Source of the DNA: Felis catus
Taxonomy: Eukaryota
Assembly (NCBI RefSeq): GCF_018350175.1
Contig: NC_058368.1
Location: forward strand, 59,150,001-59,214,000
Direction of reading: 5' to 3'
Length of the DNA stretch: 64,000 bases
Both the position numbers and the translations under genes were made by a program. The notes under the pieces are model-generated. The model made no database searches. It was not told the DNA's origin and saw nothing but the letters and a program-made list of their open reading frames with translations. This document shows, piece after piece, positions 1 through 12,433 of this stretch. How positions within the stretch are numbered: position 1 is the stretch's first letter; each line of letters starts with the position of its first letter.

Positions 1-947
1 CCTTAAAAAATAATAGTAATATCTCTTCCTCAAAAGTCTGATTATCATCTGAATAGAGACTTTCTTCCAAAATCAACTTTTAGAATTCCAGTCTGTTCCC
101 ATTATTATGCCAGCCTTAGTGATATCTATTTTCTGCAATCACTGCCTCTCTGATCTGTCAGTACTTCCTATTTTGACATACATTTCTCTAATATTCTGTT
201 GAAATAATTGTTTGTTTCCTGACTAGAGGTGATTAATACAGTAATAACTACCAGGATGAGGATATAGTCATTAAGATTATCATTTGTGTCTTTATAGATT
301 TAACTAAGCATAATACTAACAATAAAACTATGATGTTGAATATTGAACAATATCTTATAAGATTATTATGTATAATATATATCATATAGAGAATAATAAT
401 GCATTGGTTTATGTTCAAGTAATGTAATTACTTGAACAATATTTACTTCTCTATATTTTTTGTGACCTTCATTTCAAACATCTGGTAAAAGAGGTTTATT
501 TGTTTTACTATGATTCCTACATTCAATAGTAACTAATCCTTGACAATATAGATTTATAAACATTTGCCATTCAAAGCAAAAGTCAAATAGAATAGCCTTA
601 GTTTTTTTTTAATGCCTAGATTGTATTTTATTGTATGGCTTGTATAATTATATATGTAGTTTTACTAGTAGGCATAGAGGCCTTTAAAGTTGTTTCATGT
701 AAATTATTAATTTTTCCATTCTTCTAATATCCTCTGTGATTGAGCAATTGACATTCTTGTTACATCTAAAGATTAAAATAATGAATACTTAAGAATAAAA
801 TTTTATAATTTTATGTATGTCATATAATTAAATTATTTTAAACAATATATGCATTGAAATATGTGCTTGGAAAAATATATCAGATGCTGAGGCTATTTAG
901 TAATTTTTGAAGGAATTAGGGGTTATTTGTTCATATATTATTCTACA

Positions 948-1156
948 TTTTAAAGTTTATTTATTTATTTTGAGAATTGAGAAAGAGAGAAGGCACACAT
1001 GTGCCAGTGAGTGGGGAGGGGCAGAAAGAGAGGGAGAGAGAGAATGTCAAGCAGTGCAGAGCCTGACAAAGGGCTTGATCTCACCAACCATGAGATCATG
1101 ACCTGAGTCAAAATCAAGAGTCAGATGCTTAAACAACTGAACCACTTAAGTGCCCA
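948..1156 (-). mobile_element. CAN-SINE (older)
   Basis: T-rich tail, (GA)n tract and tRNA-derived head (GAGATCATGACCTGAG..TCAAGAGTCAGATGCTT). Confidence 0.85.
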
Positions 1157-2810
1157 TATGTTTTGTGATATTCCATAACAAATCTATGATTTTAATCATT
1201 ATATATTTGCTGGATTGATTAACAAAAAATAACTATAGCTTTATAATACACAAATGATTTTTGGTTTTAGAAATTGCTAGAATGTCTCTCCTTGTAGTTT
1301 CTTTTTTCTCAGCCTACATTTTTTTTTTTTTTTGCCTAATACTTGCCTTTTATGATTTATTGTTACCACCTAGGGCTTTCTTCTCATTATCACTCCATTC
1401 TTAAAGAACTGGAATTTTTTAAGGGGCTTTCGGGAGCTTTGACTCCCATCACTGAACTGTCATATATTTGGCAGAGTAGGAGTAAGAGATTTGGGGCTGT
1501 GAAAAAGAAATTGAGGCAAGAATAAAATGGCTTATTCTAACCTACTAGTGTAAACTTCCTAGCTAAATTTTCCATTTATATTTATTCTTATGTGCCTTAA
1601 AAGATCGACTAAATGTAAATTATAGATAGTATACTGTGTAGAAAATGTTGAAGGCAACCAGATATTTATCTGCACCTCTTATATCTGAGGATCAATTTAT
1701 TACTCACTGTGGTATCCTTAGGGTTTCCATAGACGTTGACTCTTCTCCAGGCATATGGTGGGACTATATTTTTGCATTGATTTGAAATTTGTGGTCATAT
1801 TTTTTTTTATTTCTTGTGCTTTTTTGTATTTATGTGAATGAATTGTCAGCAAAAATGACAGTGTCATTTCTAGGTTTAAGAGTAATATTGTTAAAAAAAA
1901 AAGTAACATTGTAATTCACCATGATATCTTTCCAGTCCCTGCTATCAGTATCACTGTGACCCCTGATAGTGACCAGCAGCTAATAGACTGTGTTAATTAT
2001 ACTAGAGCCCTCTGCCAACTCACAATGGACATGCACACATGTATGGAATGGAAGCAGTACATGTATGTTCAGGATGTCTTTTAACAGAGTCAAGTTTAGC
2101 TTCCATGACTGAAATAACCTCTAAGGTCCACTCAAATAAGCACAGCCTATGATCCCAGCATCTATCTTTCACGTTTTGTTGTGAGCTATCATCAAGAATT
2201 ACAAGCTTCTCTTACTACTTCCAAATAGTTTAATGAGGGAGTAATTTGTAGCTTGTATTTGGTTAGTGTTAGGAAAGCTTTCTTTTCAATGAAAGCCTAA
2301 ATCATCCTCTTTTTTGTTTTCTAAGACATAAAAAAAAGGAGTGTGAAAGAAAAAATTTTAATTTCAGATTTCACTATGTCACATACTGTTACCCTCAAGC
2401 TGTGGCATTTTAGCACCATGGGAAAATCTAATGCAGAATTTTTGATGTTTCTTTTTTTCCCTCTTGTTAAATTTAATAGCCCCTAAATATTCATAGGTTA
2501 CATTTTATTCTCCTTATATATTTCTTTTCAAGAAATCTCAGTCTTTTGGTTTCATTAAGAGGCAGTGCAGAATTAAAGATTACATGAAGCTATTAACAGT
2601 ACAACGAATATCTGTGTCCCCAACCTCCAGGTGAAGACATACAATAGGGCAACTGGCATTTTCTGTGAGTACTACTCTCTAGTCACCTTCTCACCTTTGG
2701 TCCCTACTTCACGTGAAGAATTCCATCCTGCATTTGGTTTTGACAATATCCAAACATCCCCTTATGCTTTTTACCACATTTGTGTATATTATCAAAAGTA
2801 AGATTTTGCT

Positions 2811-3028
2811 GGGGCGCCTGTGTAGCTAAATCAGTTAAGCGTCTGACTCTTGATTTCGGCTCAGATCATGATCTCACAGTTTTATGTAAGACTGAGCCGC
2901 ACATTGGGCTCCTCACTGACAACATGGACCCTGCTTGGGATTCTCTCTTTCCCTTCCTCTGTCTCTCCCCTGCTCATGCTCTCTCTCTCTCTCTCTGTCT
3001 CTCTCAAAAATAAATAAACTTAATTTTT
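2811..3028 (+). mobile_element. CAN-SINE (outer element of a nested pair)
   Basis: GGGGCGCCTG head, (CT)n, AATAAA. TSD AGTAAGATTTTGCT 2797-2810 and AGTATGATTTTGCT 3271-3284. Confidence 0.92.
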
Positions 3029-3029
3029 C

Positions 3030-3250
3030 TTTTTTTTTAAATTTTTTTTTCAACATTTATTTTTGGGACAGAGAGAGACAGAGCATGAACGGGGGAGGGC
3101 CAGAGAGAGAGGGAGACACAGAATTGGAAACAGGCTCCAGGCTCTGAGCCATCAGCCCAGAGCCCCGACGCGGGGCTGGAACTCACGGACCGCGAGATCG
3201 TGACCTGGCTGAAGTCGGAAGCTTAACCGACTGCGCCACCCAGGCTCCCC
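3030..3250 (-). mobile_element. Young SINEC_Fc-type SINE inserted antisense in the tail of the previous SINE
   Basis: Perfect TSD TAAACTTAATTTTTC at 3015-3029 and 3251-3265. CpGs retained. Confidence 0.95.
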
Positions 3251-3299
3251 TAAACTTAATTTTTCAAAACAGTATGATTTTGCTTACATGTTTTTCATT

Positions 3300-3640
3300 T
3301 TAATTTTGCTTTTATAAATAATAGTTATAGAAACCTTTTGACACATATCTTCTCATGTAGATGTGGGAGAGTTCCTCTTTTCCTTAGGAATGAAATCATT
3401 GTATGATGACATATACTAACCTTCATTAATACATATTACCAAATTGCTTTGCAAATCAGTTGTACCAGTTTTCATTTCCTTCAACAGTGCAAAGTAGTTC
3501 TCATTAATTTACACCCTCGTTACCTCTTCGAATATTGTCAGGATGTTAAAATTTCCTAGACTGGTGAGGGAATCATTTTCCCTTTGGTTTTAATTTGCAT
3601 ATACGTGATTGTAAGTACACATAGGAGTTTTTAATAAATT
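3300..3640 (-). mobile_element. Ancient L1M ORF2 fragment
   Basis: GTTGTACCAGTTTTCATTTCCTTCAACAGTGC..GGTTTTAATTTGCAT is similar to 47680-47830 of the young L1. Confidence 0.65.
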
Positions 3641-3807
3641 CCAGACTTTTTTGCAATTATTGATGCTCTTTATCTGTTATTTCCATTTTTTAGCTCCAAA
3701 CCATGAATTTTAATCAGTACTTAGTTATTATTTTATTCTTCTTCTATTCTAGATATTTCCATTGTCATTACTCACTTAATCCAAGTTGCTTAAAAATACA
3801 TGTGGAA

Positions 3808-4024
3808 GGGGCGCCTGGGTGGCGCAGTCGGTTGAGCATCCGACTTTAGCCAGGTCATGATCTTGTGGTCCGTGAGTTCGAGCCCCACGTCAGGCTCTGG
3901 GCTGATGGCTCAGAGCCTGGAGCCTGTTTCCGATTCTGTGTTTCCCTCTCTCTCTGCCCTTCCCCCGTTCATGCTCTGTCTCTCTCTGTCCCAAAAATAA
4001 ATAAACGTTGAAAAAAAATTAAAA
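3808..4024 (+). mobile_element. Young SINEC_Fc-type SINE
   Basis: TSD AAAAATACATGTGG at 3792-3805 and 4025-4038. A box TGGCGCAGTCGG and B box GTTCGAGCCC. Confidence 0.95.
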
Positions 4025-4089
4025 AAAAATACATGTGGTGTTTGCATGGGTATTTAATGTGGATTAAGGTCCCCTAACAACAGCTAACA

Positions 4090-4300
4090 TCCACCGGGTA
4101 TACAATCAGTACTAAGCACTATTAGTACTGTTAGATTTTATATATATTATTGCATAATACATCACATCTGTAAGATAAATATTACTCATATACCCATTTG
4201 AATGTCAGGAAAATTGAATTAGAGAAAAATTAAATGACATGCCCTGATGTGTCAATGAATGCATAATGTGATCTCAGGAAGTTTGATTTCAGAATTCACC
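4090..4300 (-). mobile_element. MIR relic
   Basis: CCCATTTGAATGTCAGGAAAATTGAATTAGAGAAAAATTAAATGACATGCCC. Confidence 0.5.
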
Positions 4301-5599
4301 ATTTAGAAAACTTTAGGATAAATTATCTCTCGCAATAACTTTGTCCAGTTAGTCATAAAATTATTTATACCAAGGAAGCTCCATTCTCAAGTGAATCTTA
4401 GACATATGGTACCAAATCCAAACCAGAATAAACATAGAAAATACTAGGATGTTTAGGAAACTCATTTCCCTGTGTGTCTAATTGTTTGACACTGTTCAGC
4501 CTCCAACCCACACCTCAAGAAATGGGAACTTCTCTGTGAGCATTGGGCCCAAGAATGGAAAATTCAGAACCTAAGTTATGGATCACAAGCCCCAAAAGTG
4601 GCCTGCTGCTATCATACGGGCACACTCATAGATCACCTTGGAAAACAGCTCAGGAGGGAAATCATAATGTTACAGTTTGTGCGGTAGGTATTATTCACTT
4701 GCCTGGAAAGAAAATGTTCCTCACACAGAATCAACACAACTTATGATCAGTCATAGATGGGGTTTCCTGGCTGTTTTATGATTTAGAAAAGAAGGAAGAC
4801 TCAATGACAGATGAATGGAAGGTTGGGAAGTGTTTTGTGACTGGCTTTCTCAAAATATGTCCAGAGTGAAAGTGCTCACCGTTACAACCTTCAGACCTAC
4901 TGGATGACTTTCTGTTTATTGTACTTCTCTATTGGAATGGGAGAAAGACGAATGCTTTCATTTTCTCAACCAATTTGAACTTCTCTTGATCAAATCTGAC
5001 CTGTGAAATACCATGTCACTATTCAATTAAACCATCAATACGCCATCTTGAAACTCCCTTTATTGCATACATCATAAAAAGCCTTACCGCATACACTATA
5101 CACACATACATACACAAATGCTTCTGTGCATACATACTATCAGTATTCTACACATGGGTATATGATGCATACATTTATCCAAAATTGTTTTGGCACATGT
5201 GCTATATAACAGACTATGTGAAACAATGAAAAGGGTGGAGAGACAGATCTGCTCCTTACCTTCATTGGGCTTACAGCTCAAGAGTGAACAGAGGTATTTG
5301 ATAGCCTCAGCGTTTGTTTAGTAATCATGGACTCCAATTATGTCTTTAGTTATTAAATACTAGGCCGGAAAAATTAATTTAAGAACAATGAGTATAATGT
5401 CACTCTTTTCCAGGTTACTACCTTCAGGATGGGAAAACCTTTAAAGCACCAAGAGAATATCAGCATCTTCAAGAAATGCTTGCCAAAAACTATTATTTTT
5501 TGTGTCTTCAACTGTTTTCTCAACCTTTCCTTCCTTTGAATTTTCCTTTTTATTCTCTCTACATCAGGCTTTCATTTTGATAACCCTATATATTCTTGA

Positions 5600-5800
5600 T
5601 TCAAACTGCTTGAACTCAATCCCGGGTCAACTCTCACTAAACTGAGTGTTTTTAGAGAAATTACTTAATTCTATTTATCTACTTCCTGATATATAAAATA
5701 GGAATAATGCTATACTGTAATTACTAGCAATACTATTCTGAAACTTAAATAAGATAACCTATGCACATATGAAAACAATACTTAAAACTTTGTAAGTAAT
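5600..5800 (+). mobile_element. MIR relic
   Basis: AATCCCGGGTCAACTCTCACTAAACTGAGTG..AAATTACTTAA..CTTCCTGATATATAAAATAGGAATAAT core-like sequence. Confidence 0.6.
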
Positions 5801-6144
5801 CAATACCTCTAAATTTCATTATTAGCTATGACTTAAATTTTGAAATACGCTTCTAAATTCTAATGCCTAGTACACACCACACATATTTTCCCCAGAATAT
5901 GTTTACTTATTCCATTTCTCTTCTCCAAAAGTAAAAGAGATCCCCTTGCTTTCATTAAATAAAATCCCTGCCCTTAATATTAAAAAGAATAGTTTCCCTA
6001 TCTGACCTCAACTATATTTCTTACTGCAGTGTTCCTAACTTCTGTCTTCATTCCAATGTAACCATTATCAAATTAGTATAACTTGGATATTCCTGTCTTT
6101 AATCCTTTACTCATCCTCTTTCTTTTGCCAGAATCTTTCGCTAT

Positions 6145-6157
6145 ATGTATATATATC

Positions 6158-6199
<42 letters not shown>

Positions 6200-6234
6200 T
6201 AGATAGATAGATATAGATAGATATAGATATATAT
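6145..6234. repeat. (GATA)n/(TA)n microsatellite
   Basis: Direct reading. Confidence 0.95.
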
Positions 6235-6628
6235 GCTCAGAGATATCCGAGGCAGTTTTATCCTCAACCTCATATCCACCTTTCTAATAAAACATAATTA
6301 GATTAATTAATAATAATTAACTTACCTTAGGTAGATAAATACAAAATTCATCAGTCCAATATATTTTGATACCTTGAAGTCATTATATTTTATTTTTGTA
6401 ATACCTTTATGTAAATGTCTTGTATCTTACTAAATTATGAATTTCTTATTCGGAGGAACTCCAGGCTCAAATGATTAAAGAGGGGATTTTAACTGGTCCT
6501 CCCTACTCTCAAATTTTAACAGAATGATTTACACGTAACTTGAATTTAAAATTGTAAAACATTGGACTCAGTGATGTCTCTACTATGTATTTGTCAGACT
6601 TTAATAATGGTTTATTAACATGATTTTA

Positions 6629-6834
6629 ATAATTTTTTGTTTATTTATTTATTTTGAGAGAGAGAGAGAATGAGAGAGGGGAAGAGAGAGGGAGAGAGAG
6701 AGAATCACAAGCAAGCTTGTGCCAGCCACCAGTGCAGAGCTTGATGAGGGGCTCGAACCCACAAACTGTGAGATCATGATCTGAGCTAAAACCAAAAGTC
6801 AGATACTTAAGTGACTGAACCACCCAGGCACTCC
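6629..6834 (-). mobile_element. CAN-SINE
   Basis: TSD AACATGATTTTA at 6617-6628 and 6835-6846. Confidence 0.9.
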
Positions 6835-7169
6835 AACATGATTTTATAACTGCTATCTTCAGCTCCTCCTACTACCAAAAATTATCCATCAGCTACAATT
6901 TTTTTTGAGTCTGAAAAAAAATAAGTTTAAATATAAATAAAGGTGATTTTTTAAATTTATGGAATCAATCTCAAATAATCGTATTAGATTTTCATTAAAA
7001 TGAAATAAAATATATTTAGCATTAATTAATTTTTGAAATTAATTTTTCAAGATGATGACTTTTAAATACAAAGACGTATTTGAAATTCTTCATCAATAAA
7101 ATACATTATAAAAAGTTGAACAATCTTACATTGAACAACTTTTACATTTCTAGTAAAAAGATGTTTTTT

Positions 7170-7357
7170 GGGGCATCTGGGGGGCTCTGTCACTTAAGCG
7201 TCCAACACTTGATTTTGGTTTAGATCACGATCTCACACTTCATGAGCTCAAGGCCCACACTGACAGCGCAGAGCCTGCTTGGGATGGGCTCGCTGCTCCT
7301 TCTCTCTCTGCCTCTCCCTTTTCACACTCTCACTCTGTCTCAAATAAACTTAAAAAA
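7170..7357 (+). mobile_element. CAN-SINE (degraded)
   Basis: Head, (CT)n and AATAAA. Flanking ATGTTTTTT repeat. Confidence 0.85.
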
Positions 7358-7402
7358 ATGTTTTTTCATGAACAACGATCGTGGGGCCCAATATTTCAGA
7401 CT

Positions 7403-7404
<2 letters not shown>

Positions 7405-7448
<44 letters not shown>
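7405..7448. repeat. (CA)n microsatellite
   Basis: Direct reading. Confidence 0.97.
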
Positions 7449-7451
<3 letters not shown>

Positions 7452-7617
7452 TATACAAGCTATGGTAAATTTTTGAAAGTAAGCAACAGCAACCAACCAA
7501 AGTGTGGTAGTAAGGAAATATTAGATGATTTTAGACATTAATAGAATTACTAAGAATTGTCCTTAAATCTAATTCTGTTCCATATACTGAAAAAAATCTC
7601 TAAAATGAGGCTAAAAA

Positions 7618-7702
7618 ATTGATTACATATTGTTTACATATTAAATAACATTGATTACATATTGATACATATTGATTACATATTGATTACATATTAAATA
7701 AC
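7618..7702. repeat. 11-bp minisatellite (ATTGATTACAT) with ATTAAATAAC variant units
   Basis: Eight tandem units of 10-11 bp read directly. Confidence 0.9.
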
Positions 7703-8328
7703 ACAGTGTTAAATTTTACTGTTTCTTTAAATGTCAGTAAAAGAGATCACATATTACAGTGACATGGGATTTTCTTCTCTTGTTTTCCAAGTGCAAAACT
7801 AACGCGTAGATCCAATTTTTCCTGTTATATTAACATTTCGCATGTTAGCTATTTGTGTTTCATGACATAGAAGTTAATCAGGCTTTATTATTTTGCAAGT
7901 ATGTTAAAATTCATATAATATGTCTTTATTTGTTATATTCCACTCATAGAGCATCTGAATCTTTTGCTATCATAGTACCTTTCACAAGGAAAATTATGTT
8001 TTACAGCCAAGCAAGCTTAAAAAAATATTCAATACTGATAGAAAAGTACTTACCAGCCAGGTAATATTCCAGATAGACCGTAAGGGAAAAATAAGGCAAA
8101 GCCTGCAATGTTTGCTCTGTTTATGACATGAGAAACCAACTGTAAATTGGAAGGTCATTACATCATTATTCCAGTTCAGTTTGCCAGAAGTTCTAAAATT
8201 AAAGTTCAAATTATATTAAGTAATAATGTTTGATACAGGAATTGAAATTATATTCAAAGTGAAGATTGCATTTAGATGATTATTGATAGAAATTTAAGTA
8301 ATATTCTGTAAGCTACAAAAATAAACAC

Positions 8329-8588
8329 TTTTTTTTTTCTTTTTTATTTTTTTTTTATTTATTTTTTTTTTTTAATTTTTTTCAACATTTATTTATTTTT
8401 TTTGGGACAGAGAGAGACAGAGCATGAACGGGAGAGGGGCAGAGAGAGAGGGAGACACAGCATCGGAAACAGGCTCCAGGCTCCGAGCCATCAGCCCAGA
8501 GCCCGACACGGGGCTCGAACTCACGGACCGCGAGATCGTGACCTGGCTGAAGTCGGACGCTTAACCGACTGCGCCACCCAGGCGCCCC
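8329..8588 (-). mobile_element. Very young SINEC_Fc-type SINE with a long tail
   Basis: TSD AAAAATAAACAC(TTTTTT) at 8317 and 8589. Almost identical to the copy at 45205-45433. Confidence 0.96.
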
Positions 8589-9789
8589 AAAAATAAACAC
8601 TTTTTTGTTTGAAGACAGAAGCTGAATAAAAAAATATTCATGGCAAGAAAGTATAATAATTTACAGTTTGAAACATAATAATATCCACAATGAATGTAAC
8701 TGTGTAAAGGTAGGGATGGATTTTATGAATCTATGAATTAAAATTTGTCAAGAAGATTAAGAGTTTTATGTAAATTTTCTGAGGAGACTTCATAGTTATG
8801 ACAGCAAGTTGCCAGCAATTTACACATAATTTTGTCAAAACAACAATTTTCTTTAGGAAAATGACATTTTTATTAAATAAATCACAATGTATTTGTTACA
8901 AAATAAAAATTATTCATAGCAAAAAGGAAATAAAATGTGCGTGGCTTTCAGGTAATGAGGTGCTAAATGGCTTTATTTAATTTTATAAAACTAGGTAGTT
9001 AATGGAGAGTGATTTAAAATCTTTGCATTGTGCCTAATATTTATGATATACTTTTTTTTCTTGAAAATTTTACCTTTAGGAAACATTTATTTATATAACA
9101 CCATGCATGCATATCTTCTTTTTCCCAGGTAAAAAAAAATCCCATCCATAAATGACAGCAACATAATTACTTATTGTAATAAATAATACATTCATATTGC
9201 CAATATTAGAATAATATTTCCAAGACTGCCACAAAAATATGCCTATTCTAAACAGTTTAATATTATTTTTACAGTTCATTTTGTTCCTAGGACATATTTA
9301 ATTAGGTGTATAAAATCAAATTACAATGTTTTAAGAAATCTTGGAAGAGTTTTTTGTGTGTGTGTGATTATCTCCCCAACTGGAAATACGAGTAGGGTAA
9401 CATTTTGCATTCAATTTTTCGTCATTTTACTTTAAACATAATTTATTATTAAACTTGTATCAAATGTTAATGGATCCAGCCATTTTAAAACAAGCTATAA
9501 AGAAGCCTAGCGTCTATCATAGTATCCTGCTCCCAGTCCACTTCATTTATTTCATGATTTATCTTCCTATTTGTATTTTTAGACTTTCTTAGATTACTGA
9601 TAGCTCACTACAAAATTTTCTTTGTTTTTCTTCTCGTAATTTAATGGAAACGATTGGTGCTTCTTCCTTAATAGTGTATCTGAGTATTTTTTCATGTTTT
9701 ATGTCTGTATTCTATAGTGAGGAGTACCTCACAGGCATCTGACCCATCCTCTAGTGGAGTTCATTTGGGATAGTACTGTTCTTTAACTG

Positions 9790-10160
9790 TTATTACAACT
9801 AGAGTCAGTGCTAATAAACATGAATATGCGTTTAACAATTTTGTCATTTTATCTTTGAAGTAGATTCTCTAGAAGTGAGATTGCTAAGTTAACGTGTTTA
9901 AACATGAATACATTTGCTGGATATTGGCAGATTTCCTTTCATAAGATTTAAATGATTATTTTCTCAGCAGCAATGTATAAATATTCTTATTCCCCATAGT
10001 TCATCAAGTGTTGTTGTCAAACTTGGATTTTTGCCATGGTTATAGGTAAGAAATAGTATCTCATATTGTTTTAGTTTTCATTATTTGTTATTATAAGTGA
10101 GAAAAAGCATATTATGCATTGAAGAACCATTTTCATTTATTTTTCCCTGAGCTGTCTGAG
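9790..10160 (-). mobile_element. Ancient L1M ORF2 fragment
   Basis: TAGAAGTGAGATTGCT..CAGCAATGTAT..TAGTATCTCATATTGTTTT. Confidence 0.6.
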
Positions 10161-10230
10161 AGCCCTAATTTTTTGTTGTAATAAAATGCTCTCTTTTAAG
10201 TACGTTATTTCTTACATAAGAGTTGGGTAA

Positions 10231-10458
10231 GGGGCCCTGGGTGGTTCAGTCAGTTAAGCATCTGACTCTTGATTTTGGCTCAGGTCATGATGTCACAGTT
10301 CTTGAGTTTGAACCCTGCATTGGGTTCTGAGCTGACAGTGCAGAGTTGGCTTGGGTTTGGGATTCTCTCACTCTCTCACTTTCTCTTTTCCTTTCTCTCT
10401 CTCTCTCTGCCCCACACCCACTGACTCTCTATCTCAAAATAAATAAGTAAACCTAAAA
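10231..10458 (+). mobile_element. CAN-SINE
   Basis: Head, (CT)n and tail. Flanks AGTTGGGTAA and AGTTGGTTAA. Confidence 0.88.
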
Positions 10459-10589
10459 AGTTGGTTAAAAAGGTGTTCTGTCTGTAAAAATTGTCATAGA
10501 GTTCAAGAGTGATTTTAAAATTGGCAAGTAAGTTATTCTTAAAACAATTATCATTTAATTCCCCTATGACAGTCACTCTTTTAGGTACT

Positions 10590-11370
10590 AACAATAGTGT
10601 GATATACTAAAAGCCTTGCTCTCATGAGCTATGATCTGGTGGAGGAAACAGCCTATAAATAAGGAAACAAGGTATACAGAATAATCTAACCTATTGTTAG
10701 GTACCAGTACGAAACAAAGAAGAGGCTGGTGGAGGTGGGATGCTATTTTGTAAAGAGTTATCACTGAAGGGGCACCTGAGTGGCTTAGTCAGTTAAGCGT
10801 CCAACTTCAGCTCAGGTTATGATCTCACGTTTCATGAGTTCGAGCCCCATGTCTGTCTCTGTGCTGACAGCTCGGAGCCTGGAGCCTGCTTCAGATTCTG
10901 TGTCTCCCTCTCTCTCTGCTCTTCCCCCCACTTGCCCTCTGTCTCTCTCTCTCTCTCTCAAAAATAAAATATACATTAAAAACACTTAAAAAAAAGTTAT
11001 CACTGAAGATCTCTTTGAAGAAGTAATACTGAGATTTTGACATACGTGACATAAAAGTGAGTCATTTGGTTCCAAAAGAAGGAGGGAAGATAAAATAAGT
11101 GAAAAGGTCCTAAGTCAGTTAAGGAACAGGCAAGTTTGTTTACCACAAGATGGCCTGTGTGACTGGAAGTGCCACAAGCATTAGGGTGGCATAGATCAAA
11201 TCTCAGGGGAGATTGATGCCAGATCATTGAGGGGTATAATGAAGATATTAAATTCAGTTCTAGGTTTATAAAAGGCTATTGAAGATTCTTAATGAAAGGA
11301 GAGATATGATTTGTGATAACTCTGGCTACAAATGTGAGGAATACATTGGACTGGACAATAAGAATGTAAA
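10590..11370 (-). mobile_element. L2-like relic split by a SINE
   Basis: CCTTGCTCTCATGAGCTATGATCTGGTGGAGGAAACAG..., GGCTATTGAAGATTCTTAATGAAAGGAGAGATATGATT..TAACTCTGGCT. Confidence 0.5.
10769..10994 (+). mobile_element. CAN-SINE inside an L2-like relic
   Basis: TSD AGTTATCACTGAAG at 10756-10769 and 10995-11008. Confidence 0.92.
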
Positions 11371-11382
11371 TATATATGCCAG

Positions 11383-11935
11383 TGTAGGAGAGGAAAAATA
11401 ATTTTCCCCCTACCCTTCTGAGTTCTTAGCTAAGACTCCTGTAATAAATTACAGATTAACAAGAGAAAAGCAAACAGAAATTTATTAATATGTGTTCCTG
11501 ATGTATATATGGGAGGTACCCAGGAAAAAATGAGTAACTACCAAACGCTGGCTTAAAATTCAGAATTAATCACTATCTTAATAAAGAAAGAAGAGAGGGA
11601 TGTAGGCCTCACAGTAGAGAGTAACTAAATTTTAGGAAATATGAATGGGCACTTAGAACACATTGGAAGTATAATAACTTGTGATAAAGTTTGTCTATGA
11701 TATATACTTCTAGTCTTCTTGCCTGTGGTGAGAGTCAATCTTCCCTGGGTGACAAAACTCCCAGGGAAGGGATCTATGACAATTGAACTCCTTTTAGAGG
11801 ATCTGTCTTTCCCTAGACAAGGGAGTTCAGAAATAAAAATTCTCCTCATATTTGCTCTTTTCCAAGTGCCTACAGCTCAAAATAATCGATAAACCACAGT
11901 GGCATATTTAGAGTGACATATTCTGCCATCCTTCA
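11383..11935 (-). mobile_element. Solo LTR, ERV1 class (MER34-group-like)
   Basis: TG...CA termini and 4-bp flanks CCAG/CCAA. The minus strand starts TGAAGGATGGCAGAATATGTCAC..AAATATGCCAC..GATTATTTTGAGCTG. Poly(A) signal seen as TTTATT near 11481. Confidence 0.8.
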
Positions 11936-11939
11936 CCAA

Positions 11940-12110
11940 TCACTGTTTCAAGTGTTTTACACAAATTGATGAATTTAAGCCATACAATTTTGTAAGTAGA
12001 TAATCGTTTCACAGATGAAGTAATTGAACTCCAGCAAGGTTAACAAAATTGCCCCAAGTCATACATCTGGAAGCAGTGAAGATCTGAAACCAGATTGTCT
12101 GTTTCCACTC
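11940..12110 (-). mobile_element. MIR relic
   Basis: TTTCACAGATGAAGTAATTGA..AAGGTTAA..TTGCCCCAAGTCATACATCTGGAAG. Confidence 0.65.
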
Positions 12111-12210
12111 TGGCCTGGAATTTTGTTGATGTTATATGGACAAACACTTGGATCTTAAAAAAGTAGGCAATATTAAAATTCATAGTCCCTTTTTAAAATT
12201 ACTCTAAGAA

Positions 12211-12433
12211 AGGCGCCTGGGTAGCTCAGTTGGTTAAGTGTCTGACTTCAGCTCAGGTCATGATCTCACAGTTCATGGGTTCAATCCCTGTGTCAGACTA
12301 TATGCTGACAGCTCAGAGCCTGGAACCTGCTTCAGATTTTGTGTCTCCCTCTCTTTCTCTGCCCCTCCCCCAACTCATGCTCTGTTTCTCTCTGTCTCAA
12401 AAATAAATAAACATAGAAAATTTTTTGAAAATA
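12211..12433 (+). mobile_element. CAN-SINE
   Basis: TSD AAAATTACTCTAAGAA at 12195-12210 and 12434-12449. Confidence 0.92.

Noticed and set aside
3808..3890. tRNA-like A/B boxes
   Set aside because: SINE heads, not tRNA genes.
5400..5540. Acceptor-like CTCTTTTCCAG followed by open frames
   Set aside because: No matching donor and no recognisable protein.
8382..8600. Recurrent similar small ORFs (e.g. 8402, 45247, 14338, 19972, 57016) that look like a gene family
   Set aside because: All are CAN-SINE translations.
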